A stretch of DNA of 32,108 nucleotides, taken from positions 1-32,108 of the forward strand of contig ML002427.1 of the NCBI GenBank assembly GCA_003614675.1, read 5' to 3'. Position 1 is the first letter of the stretch; every line of letters starts with the position of its first letter. Positions 1-8,178 of the stretch are shown here, piece after piece. The translations under genes and the position numbers were made by a program. A model generated the notes under the pieces. That model made no database searches and was not told the DNA's origin. It worked only from the letters and a program-made list of their open reading frames with translations. The DNA is from Dimargaris cristalligena. Its lineage: Eukaryota.

Positions 1-55
<55 letters not shown>
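1..55. repeat. (CT)n microsatellite, truncated at window edge
   Basis: Perfect CT dinucleotide run from base 1 to 55. Confidence 0.98.
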
Positions 56-59
<4 letters not shown>

Positions 60-2770
60 TAGTTTTACCTTAAACTGCGTGGACTAAAGACTAACCTTCT
101 ACCAATCCTCAGTCACCCGAGGTAATCACATGACCCCTTTCTAAGGCACACTCCTCCCGGCTTTGGCAGCTGACTGCACTGAGGGGGGGGGTGGTCTCCT
201 CCCCTTCATGTCCTTATCGCGCCGCTCTTGTTCGGTGAAATCAAATAATCATTAATTGTTATTACTGGTATTGTTTTCTAAATGGGTTGGATGGTGGGGG
301 GTTTCTGTGCCTCATTTCACCAACTCAAAATGTAAGGCTTACGATTTTTAGATAAAGATAATCCTTAAAGGGATGACCCTTCATGCAACCAGATCTTGAT
401 GCTTCATGTTTAGCTGTTTTCCTATCGTGCGATTGAAACAACTGGTAAAAATACCCATCTTATGCAACCCAAAAAGCCGCAATGTAAAAAGGAAGGCCAT
501 TTGTTTATGTTTTTCGTAAAGAAGGCCATGTTCCATACTACTTAGCTTAAAACATCGATAGGGCTGGTCTTATTCACAGGGCGGCACCAACAATACACAG
601 TTCCTTGCTGAAACAGGCCATCCATTCTACTCCCTGCTTCCCATGGTCTAAACTAGTATACTCTCTGAATAATATGGACGACGCTAACGGCTGGTGGCAT
701 CGCGTCACACTGGCGTTTGTATTCCATGGTCAAAGACCGGCTCTCCATCCAACTTCTAACATACCCCAGTCGGGGAGCGGGTTTAATTTTTGACTAACAG
801 GGACATGCCCTAATGCCAGAAGTCTGGACCTTGATAAGTACCGCCCATTATCCCACAAATGGCTAAACCGCTAATTCGTTAAAACTGAAATGGTACAACT
901 CTCATTAAATTCGACTTGCGTCAAAACCCGTAATCGATAATCCCCGTTTTCTTAGTTGTGCAGTATACCTAACTATATATTACCCCTAAATCCCATTATT
1001 AGCTAGTATATATTAAAATGTTTTAAAGTTAAATATATTTTCCTACTTACAGAGTTTGTTGTGGAATATGCGGTTTATTTTTTTGTCCCAGTTGTGACTG
1101 AGGTGCTCTAATCGACGGCTCCCTCATAACCACACTGTCTTACTCTAGTCCGTTTCGAGGAACAGTTTGCTGTTAACCCGTACATTTGCAGTATTCACCC
1201 TTCTCTCGTGATTTAATCTGTAGGCCGTGGGTATGGTTACAGTGATCACATTTCGGTCCAGTATACCACTTGTTAGCAAAGAATATGCCATCCATTAGCA
1301 ACTCTCGCCCCTACTTTTCTGCTACTGTTGCATCCTTAAATAACTTTCCATGCATTTGCCATTCACTTCAGGAACCCAGTTCCCTGATCTTATGAGGTAA
1401 AATAGCGAACGGTTTCCTCCTCATTATTCAAATTATACATAGGTTTTCCTGTGGTTTCATATTAATTAACCCAGCATTATAAATGTCATAAAGTCATATC
1501 CCTCTTTTGTGAGTGATTGTACAGCTTTTAATAAATTGTTATTTTTATGGACCAAAAATCAATGGTATGCGCCGTCGATGGTAGCTTTTAGGAGCGACCC
1601 CGTGATGCGGGATAATCAGGATACGACTGATTAGTAATCCAACTGGCCTATATGGAATATTAAGATGTGGTATGGACTCCTACTATTATTTTAATCTAGT
1701 CGAATACCCCAGGAATACCAACAGTTAAACAAGTGTATAGTTTTAATTCGCCATTCTTGAGTCCATGGTGGTTAATTTAGCGGTACACATCGCCGCCACT
1801 ATTAATAAACTGGGAAGACACGCAAGTTCGGTGTGTTTAAAAGTAGCCTCGGACTAAGGGTTGCCCATGTGCTTTGGCATACTATATCCTTAGCCCTGCC
1901 TAGGGACGCTCACGAAAAAATTCCCTCGAACATTCCGACATTGGGGAGTACGGATTGGCCCAGAATTCGTACCTTACCATTCAACCAGCTGATGGCCTAA
2001 CGGGGTACAGGATTATAAATTATGGGGTAGAAATGGAAGGGTTCAAGACATTCAAAAAAACACAGGTTTTACTATGCTATACCGGATAAGGTTGTACGCC
2101 TTTTTCGGGCAGGCGGGGTAATCCTACCTTTAGGGGTATATGCGGATGTATGGGGGGGTACCATCGCAAAGACTACCTGTGGGCGTATATAACCCAGAAA
2201 CTATCAAACGGACACGGAAAGTACCAGTGTCGGATCAGTTGTGAAGGTGGGAGAATCCCAACGACATAAAAAGTGAAAATATAAGGAGAAAAGGGCGGTC
2301 TGTAAGGCCGGCCGGTCCTATATTGAACCATTATCGTCAGTCAGCAAAGGCAGAGTTCCCTCTAAAAAAGGGGGAACATGGTCTCATTGATCAGCAGGCA
2401 TCTACGGGGCAATAGGAATTGATTATAGAATAATCTAATCAGCCTCAGTTCCGTTAATTTTTTTGGGCGGATGTACAAATTGCCCAATGTTTAACTACTA
2501 TCCAAGTAGACTGGCGGGACGGCCAAGTTAGTGGGTAATTTAAAAATTGGTATATATTCTATTCACACATTGTAATGGTTGGTATACTTTATTAACCGCA
2601 TATCGGTAAATTTACTAGTGTTATAACGAGAGAGAGAGAGATAAACAGAAACGACCTTTTGCGGAAAAGCATAGGCCCACATTTGAATGTCCGGTATCGA
2701 ATCGGCGGCATTGGGGCTAATCGGCCTGCCCTTGGAATATTGGTTAGAACCTTGTTGGATTAGGTTCAAA

Positions 2771-3223
2771 TTATGCCACGTATGTCTTCTTACAAACCAT
2801 GCTGGCCGTCCCAATAAAACTATCCATAATTAAAGCCATACAACACATCATTATAGGTCTATTCTGATTTATCGCTAGGAATCTCGCAGTCTCCGGATCC
2901 AGTTGTTCCTCTTGGTCGTCTGAGCGAAATTCGCCCTCATGATCTATAAGTCCGAGCAAATGGGCCAAATTTTGGCATTGGTCCTTGAGGCCAGCTCTCT
3001 GTTCTCTAGTGAGTTCCACTTGTCCGGGTTTCATATTTCTATAGGCGTCAGAAAAACTGCTGTTAAGCTCTTCCAATAATGGATCGTACCGAGTGGTGGT
3101 GGACTGCTCCGCATTGGCGGGCAGGTAGCGTGAAGAGTTCGAGGGAGAGCGGTCAATGGGTTGGGCAATAACGGCGCATCCTAAAACCAGGAGGAGCCCT
3201 GGGACTACGGAGATGAAGCGCAT
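2771..3223 (-). CDS. Small putative secreted protein, ~150 aa, no recognised family
   Basis: ATG at 3223 gives MRFISVVPGLLLVLGCAVIA|QPID, a signal-peptide-like start. Single ORF to TAA at 2771; TATA-like (AT)n ~100 bp upstream. Confidence 0.7.
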   Translation of the reverse strand: MRFISVVPGLLLVLGCAVIAQPIDRSPSNSSRYLPANAEQSTTTRYDPLLEELNSSFSDAYRNMKPGQVELTREQRAGLKDQCQNLAHLLGLIDHEGEFRSDDQEEQLDPETARFLAINQNRPIMMCCMALIMDSFIGTASMVCKKTYVA

Positions 3224-3325
3224 GGTGTTTAGTTGGGGAGGCGGTAAGAAATAGGGGAATAGACTCAAAAATAGATAGGATGTCGATGTAAGGGTAATGG
3301 ACAGTAAAAAGTTCCGCTGGGATAC

Positions 3326-3345
3326 ATATATATATATATATATAT
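3326..3345. repeat. (AT)n run, possible TATA element of the secreted-protein gene
   Basis: atatatatatatatatatat about 100 bp upstream of the minus-strand ATG at 3223. Confidence 0.6.
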
Positions 3346-3508
3346 AATTAGATCATGATTTTTCTCGAGAGGGGGGGCAGGGGGTGGTATTATATAGGAG
3401 TGCGCGCCGAAATCCCCACCCGTCGATATCTTCATAATATCATGTTTCTATTCAGTGACCTAATTGATAGTATCGCCCTTTCCTTCTCTTATCCTCTCCC
3501 CTTATTAT

Positions 3509-3522
3509 CGTTAATAGATGCC
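3509..3522 (-). repeat. Split direct repeat B2 (element 3' terminus)
   Basis: cgttaatagatgcc is identical to 3822-3835. The match is 19 bp when the adjacent ATTAT is included (3504-3522 = 3817-3835). Confidence 0.85.
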
Positions 3523-3680
3523 GTCGACGTTTTGTTATTTATTGGCGATACTTATTTCGCACAATGGACAAGTCCACGGTCTATAATAACCGAAAGGTCG
3601 TCGTGCACATGTGTAAAGAACACGGCAGAGACAAATTTTGATAGTAAAAATAGAATAACCTAATAGGGTCGGATGGTAGG

Positions 3681-3821
3681 AAGGAATAAAAGAAGGAGAA
3701 AGATAGAGAAACAAATTTTCGCTAGAAAATTTTTCCTTTCTACTTCGGGGAAAGTAATATTTTTACGGAAAAATTTTTCTTTCCCCTCTATTAACATAAT
3801 AAGTTTGTATAAACGAATTAT
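3681..3821 (-). repeat. Split direct repeat A2
   Basis: 141 bp matching 7769-7908 with one substitution and one 1-bp indel. Confidence 0.97.
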
Positions 3822-3835
3822 CGTTAATAGATGCC
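3822..3835 (-). repeat. Split direct repeat B1, abutting A2 (B1A2 = copy of the predicted circle junction)
   Basis: Identical to 3509-3522 and directly contiguous with A2. Confidence 0.85.
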
Positions 3836-3999
3836 TATTCCCAATAACCCTACCTCTCGAAATGACGACTCCATTACACTGGAGTTGTCCTTCAGGCTTT
3901 CATAAGCCTCTAAATATAGATAAATGGGATAGACTAAATGAATGGAAACACCTCGAGGATAAACGGGAAAACCAATATAACTGAAAGTATTGAGAATAT

Positions 4000-6891
4000 T
4001 TAAATGATAAACGAAAATATAAGCTGTAACTCTGGCTGATAAGGTAAAACTACTCGGCAATAGGCCCGCATTGTTTCCAAAGCCTCCCATCGACCCCAAT
4101 CCAATACTCTTAGTGGGTCCACCTTAGCTGCCAACATCCCCGCAACCATAGTCTTCCTTAAGCTATGTGATGAATATGCTGATGTAATAGCTTTCTGATG
4201 TCCCAAGGATTCTAACAGTGCATGGAGACACCGGGTAACCCAGGCCGCTGGGTTTGATTTAAAGGTTAACCACAGGGTAGTTGTTTTGACGGATGCCAGA
4301 TATAAACCAATGATCTCCTTAAAGGCTGGGCATATTGGATTAGCTACTCGATGAACCCCCTCTAGATGTGCCTTACGTTTTTCACCGCTGATAAAAATAG
4401 ATAAAGTTTGGCCCTCAAGGCTCACATCTTGCCTTCGTAAACTGGCTAGCGAGCTGGCCCGTAGGCCGAAGATAATACCAATAATAAACAGGGTAGCCCA
4501 TTCTAACTGCACCCCATTGGGCTTCCACCCGAGGGTATAGAGATGCTTGTACAGGTGTGTAGGTATCGGCCGGGCTCCCTGTGGATCCTTCGACTCGGGG
4601 AAGTCTTGATAAAAGGTTACAGCATATCCTTTACGAAACTGTGATGCAGCCTCCTCGGAGAATCTGACCCGACCATATATGATCCTATCGAATTTTGACA
4701 AAGGTGCCAGTTTTCCAGGCAATGATCGGGGGTTCACCCTCAATGTGTACAGGTGAACCAGATATGCGACTAGGGTAGTATTAGAAACGGGGTGTGCGAG
4801 ATGACCAGTGGACTGGCAGAACTGTAAGAATTGCTGGTGGTGGTGTTCATAGGTCTTCCAGGTCGCCTTGGCAAGACTATTGAGCATGATGGTCTTCGCT
4901 AAATCATTTTCTTTAAGACTAGGGGCCAAATGGGATAGCCAGTGATCAGTAATCTGGGAGGCATAATTTCCCTGAAACTGGAGTGCCGTTAGAACCGAGC
5001 CACAATCATTTTCCAATGCCGATTCATGAATGGTTCTGGGAGTAAATTGATGGACCCTGCTGGCGGAATTGCCCACTGGCCCTGGATCGGTAACTCTTGA
5101 ATTGATTTCGCAGACTCGACAAGGGGGGGCCACCATGGTTGGCTCTTCCAAAGAGGCAGAATAATTGTCCCTTGAGCCCGCTCTTGAATTATCTTTGCTA
5201 TCACCCGATTGATTATGCCGAAGGGGGGATTGAACCACCCGTTTTCCTGTGACCAATCGAGGGAGAAAGCGTCCTGGCCGACTGCTCTTGGATGGTGCTT
5301 CAAGGTGCAATAGCGGGGCAGCTGGGCGTTCCAGGGGCTTGCAAACCAGTCGATGGTGTGCGGCCCAAATGAGTGCTCGAGGGACACGAATAACTCCTGG
5401 GCTAGTTTCCAATCCCCGTGCTGATTGATCCGGGACAGAAAGTCGGCTTCGGTGTTGAGAATACCTGCTAAATGTTGAGCCCCGCCAAAGATTGTGATGT
5501 TGTTCCTGGCCACCAAGGTCCAAATTCGGCGAACTATTTGATTTAGCAGATGGCTCCGTGATCCGTAACCGTTTATTGCTGCCACCACGCTGGTAGCATC
5601 TGTTCTTAGTTGGATCTGGTGACCGATAATCATTGGTAGGCTCCTCTTCAAGGCCTCTTCGACAGCCATGAGCTCCAAAGCGGTAATATGGAGTTGGGCT
5701 TCCTCCTGAGTCCACATCCCATGGCCAAGGGCGGAATTGTAAGTCCACCCGAAGCCCTGGGAGCTGGCATCGGTGGTCAGAGTGTGTGTCCGAACCGGGG
5801 TCTGAATGGGGTAGCTCAATTCCGGGTCTAAAAGGGTGTGGTATAACCGTTTTAGGTCCCGACAAGCAGCATTGGTTAGTTTGATGGTCGCATCCCAATT
5901 TTCCTTGGTTGTCAGGCACTGGTATAGTGAGCGTAGGTACATTCGAACTGCAGGGAAGACCAACCGGGCTGACTGGATTAACCCTGTCAAGGAGGCTAAG
6001 GCCCGGGCCTTTACTACCCGTTTCTGTTGGGCAACCTTGCGGAGGAGATGGTGTACCTGGCCTGTCAGTTTTTCGCGGAACTCGGAGGTAAGCATGAACT
6101 GCATCCGGGGGATATCTAGAGTTAATCCCAGGTGTTGTATGACTGCCACTGGGTCCCACTGGCACTTCTTGGGGTGGGGGCGGAGGCCCAGGGAATGAAT
6201 TAATTCTTGTACCCTGAGGGACGTAGACTGCATTTTGGTGGACGAACCTGAGCAGAGGACTAAATAATCGTCCAGATAGGGTAAGCAATTCAACTTCCAT
6301 GAGCGAAGGGTAGTAGTAAGGGTTTTCATTGTTTTGCAAAAGAAAAAAGGAGACAACTTCCAGCCAAAGGGAAGAGTATTGAACTGGTAAAGTTTCCCAA
6401 GTAACCGAGTCTGGAAGAACCCTTGGAAATTCCGGTGGATTCCAATTGCCATATAACCATCCTTTAAATCGAAGGATATCGCGCGCTGGTCCGGCTGGAT
6501 ATAATTGCGCACTGCGTCCCAGGTTTCGTAACGCATCGTGCGTGACCGACAGAATGTATTTAAGTACCTCAGATCGGTGATAAGGCGGTACCCGCCTCCT
6601 TTGCGGGGGATCAAGAAGGAGGGGGAGACAAAGGTACCGTGGGGTATCTCCCGAATTGCCCCAGCCAATAGCATCCGCTGGATCTCGGACTGCATAAACC
6701 CCACTTCGTCTGGGCTGGCTAAGGGGCACTCGGGGATATTGAAAGGGGGTGGGGGCCCCTCCTTCCAAGGAATAGCAACCCCATGTTTGATCCAATCGAG
6801 AACATGGGGGGAGGTTTTTAGGGAAGCCCAAGTGTCCACTGCTGACCTGACCTGCAAATGCAGAGGTCCCTCCTTGGACGGGCTGTTGGAG
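4000..6891 (-). CDS. ORF3: tyrosine recombinase (YR domain in the C-terminal ~295 aa from ATG 4887); frame open from 6891
   Basis: Catalytic set GLRASSL (R), SGEKRK (K), SHSLRK (HxxR, 4156-4167), GRWEA (W), MRAYC (Y). Preceded by a LAKATWKTY..FLQFC core-binding region. The true start is uncertain. Confidence 0.92.
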   Translation of the reverse strand, partial: LQQPVQGGTSAFAGQVSSGHLGFPKNLPPCSRLDQTWGCYSLEGGAPTPFQYPRVPLSQPRRSGVYAVRDPADAIGWGNSGDTPRYLCLPLLLDPPQRRRVPPYHRSEVLKYILSVTHDALRNLGRSAQLYPAGPARDILRFKGWLYGNWNPPEFPRVLPDSVTWETLPVQYSSLWLEVVSFFLLQNNENPYYYPSLMEVELLTLSGRLFSPLLRFVHQNAVYVPQGTRINSFPGPPPPPQEVPVGPSGSHTTPGINSRYPPDAVHAYLRVPRKTDRPGTPSPPQGCPTETGSKGPGLSLLDRVNPVSPVGLPCSSNVPTLTIPVPDNQGKLGCDHQTNQCCLSGPKTVIPHPFRPGIELPHSDPGSDTHSDHRCQLPGLRVDLQFRPWPWDVDSGGSPTPYYRFGAHGCRRGLEEEPTNDYRSPDPTKNRCYQRGGSNKRLRITEPSAKSNSSPNLDLGGQEQHHNLWRGSTFSRYSQHRSRLSVPDQSARGLETSPGVIRVPRALIWAAHHRLVCKPLERPAAPLLHLEAPSKSSRPGRFLPRLVTGKRVVQSPLRHNQSGDSKDNSRAGSRDNYSASLEEPTMVAPPCRVCEINSRVTDPGPVGNSASRVHQFTPRTIHESALENDCGSVLTALQFQGNYASQITDHWLSHLAPSLKENDLAKTIMLNSLAKATWKTYEHHHQQFLQFCQSTGHLAHPVSNTTLVAYLVHLYTLRVNPRSLPGKLAPLSKFDRIIYGRVRFSEEAASQFRKGYAVTFYQDFPESKDPQGARPIPTHLYKHLYTLGWKPNGVQLEWATLFIIGIIFGLRASSLASLRRQDVSLEGQTLSIFISGEKRKAHLEGVHRVANPICPAFKEIIGLYLASVKTTTLWLTFKSNPAAWVTRCLHALLESLGHQKAITSAYSSHSLRKTMVAGMLAAKVDPLRVLDWGRWEALETMRAYCRVVLPYQPELQLIFSFII

Positions 6892-6920
6892 CTAATCCTG
6901 ACGAGTGCCAGGCTTACCCA
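4989..6920 (-). CDS. ORF2 pol: reverse transcriptase + RNase H + DNA adenine methyltransferase-like domain
   Basis: RT: FDLKDGY, LPFGWKLSP, YLDD (6267-6278). RNase H: TTDAS, ALELMA, RTDAT, NTEADFLSR. MT: IDWFAS..NAQLPRY..DAF..W..NPPF (5220-5231)..QPWWP. Frame is open from 6920; first ATG is at 6695. Confidence 0.96.
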   Translation of the reverse strand, partial: WVSLALVRISSNSPSKEGPLHLQVRSAVDTWASLKTSPHVLDWIKHGVAIPWKEGPPPPFNIPECPLASPDEVGFMQSEIQRMLLAGAIREIPHGTFVSPSFLIPRKGGGYRLITDLRYLNTFCRSRTMRYETWDAVRNYIQPDQRAISFDLKDGYMAIGIHRNFQGFFQTRLLGKLYQFNTLPFGWKLSPFFFCKTMKTLTTTLRSWKLNCLPYLDDYLVLCSGSSTKMQSTSLRVQELIHSLGLRPHPKKCQWDPVAVIQHLGLTLDIPRMQFMLTSEFREKLTGQVHHLLRKVAQQKRVVKARALASLTGLIQSARLVFPAVRMYLRSLYQCLTTKENWDATIKLTNAACRDLKRLYHTLLDPELSYPIQTPVRTHTLTTDASSQGFGWTYNSALGHGMWTQEEAQLHITALELMAVEEALKRSLPMIIGHQIQLRTDATSVVAAINGYGSRSHLLNQIVRRIWTLVARNNITIFGGAQHLAGILNTEADFLSRINQHGDWKLAQELFVSLEHSFGPHTIDWFASPWNAQLPRYCTLKHHPRAVGQDAFSLDWSQENGWFNPPFGIINRVIAKIIQERAQGTIILPLWKSQPWWPPLVESAKSIQELPIQGQWAIPPAGSINLLPEPFMNRHWKMIVARF

Positions 6921-7593
6921 CTACGGGGTTTGCCTTAGCACTATCAGAATTAGTAGTCTGTGATCTGACCGCGACCTGAGCTGCAACCGCGGTTTCCTGA
7001 TCACGTTTCTTGGCCATAAACTGTGAAATGAGTCCTTGTAATCGTAACGAGCTATTGGAGACTAAATCGCTCTCGTCCATCATCCGGATGGTATTCGCAA
7101 CCTTCACGCCTTCGGTGACCTTGATCCGATTAAGTGTCAAACGGGATAAAAGTGTCCCATCGATTGCACCAGCAAGAATCCGCACTATATAGGCCACTCG
7201 CGGGTCGGACGAAAAACCCGGGTTAATTGACTCGGCGTAAGCTAATCCGGTAACGATCAACGATAAGAGGGATTGCCCAGCGAAATATTCCTCTCGGGAT
7301 TCTAATGCCATACTGGTGGAATAATTGTCACTATAAGAACGGACGATCCGAGACTCGGGGGGTAAATGGGAGAAGGGGAGGAGATAATCCACCCACTGGC
7401 TGATTGGCTGACGTTCACGCGCATAAACTGCAGGGCGGAAACTACTAGGAACATGTAGTAAGGCATCAGGAAGGTGTTTATCCTGGAGGTTACAGCCTCC
7501 CTGATCAATTGGGTGGGTAGCCTGTCGCCCGCTAATCAGTTCGGTGAGGAGGTTCTCCATGGTTTTGAAACGTTCTTCAAGGGGATTTGACAT
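6892..7593 (-). CDS. ORF1: putative gag-like protein, ~233 aa
   Basis: First long ORF inside repeat A1, ATG at 7593. Assigned by position; no zinc knuckle seen. Confidence 0.7.
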   Translation of the reverse strand: MSNPLEERFKTMENLLTELISGRQATHPIDQGGCNLQDKHLPDALLHVPSSFRPAVYARERQPISQWVDYLLPFSHLPPESRIVRSYSDNYSTSMALESREEYFAGQSLLSLIVTGLAYAESINPGFSSDPRVAYIVRILAGAIDGTLLSRLTLNRIKVTEGVKVANTIRMMDESDLVSNSSLRLQGLISQFMAKKRDQETAVAAQVAVRSQTTNSDSAKANPVVGKPGTRQD

Positions 7594-7768
7594 ACTGGAG
7601 AAACTAAAAGCCACGAGAGGTAGGGCGTAAATGGTAGGGATTAAACTGAGATAACTATTATACTAGATCAGGGATAGGGGAACCTTATGGACTGAAAGGG
7701 GACGAAACTAGGAAGGATCGGTAGTATATAGACCAAAATAAAACGATCACTACCAAACTTTTATTCAC

Positions 7769-7908
7769 AAGGAATAAAAGAAGGAGAAAGATAGAGAAAC
7801 AAATTTTCGCTAGAAAATTTTTTCTTTCTACTTCGGGGAAAGTAATATTTTTACGGAAAATTTTTCTTTCCCCTCTATTAACATAATAAGTTTGTATAAA
7901 CGAATTAT
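7769..7908 (-). repeat. Split direct repeat A1 (element 5' terminus)
   Basis: 140 bp near-identical to 3681-3821; similarity stops sharply after ATTAT at 7908. Confidence 0.97.
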
Positions 7909-8178
7909 GCCAAAATTGATGACCTTTATGAAATAACCAACTGCAATTAGCCCACACGGTACTTCAAGCAAGACCAGTTACCAGGACATCGCTAGAGGCA
8001 TTAATAGAGGGGTATATTTATAGAAGAAGAAAGGCAGTACAGGGCAGGCTCAGATAATAATATTCTTTAGCGCCATACCAATATTGGGGAAATCGCAAAA
8101 TAAGGTCATCAATCGGTTTAGGAAAAAAAAAAGCGGATGGCAAACCGAATACGCTTGAAGGGATAGGGTGACATGCGT

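Larger units (their letters stand above)
3504..7908 (-). mobile_element. Tyrosine-recombinase retrotransposon (DIRS order) with split direct repeats, PAT-like organisation
   Basis: gag-like ORF, RT/RNase H/MT ORF and YR ORF. Repeat A at 7769-7908 and 3681-3821; repeat B at 3822-3835 and 3509-3522; ATTAT at both boundaries. Confidence 0.93.

Noticed and set aside
56-2760. 2.7 kb gene-free region with short stems (e.g. cctcagt/actgagg 107-184, gttccc/gggaac ~2355-2377) and ORFs 605-793, 2563-2814
   Set aside because: Stems are short enough to be chance; ORFs lack recognisable features.
3355-3984. ORFs 3355-3663 and 3673-3984 (and 7685-7957)
   Set aside because: They run through AT-rich terminal repeats and across element boundaries; no protein-like features.
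5836-7192. Plus-strand ORFs antisense to gag/pol
   Set aside because: Short, no motifs; expected shadows of a GC-rich dual-coding region.
7690-7712. Hammerhead-like CTGA...GAAAC (ctgaaaggggacgaaac)
   Set aside because: Lacks the CUGANGA core and a stem II, and is antisense to the element.
3681-7908. Classical LTR retrotransposon (repeats A read as LTRs)
   Set aside because: No TG..CA ends, PBS, protease or DDE integrase; it has a YR and an extra B repeat.
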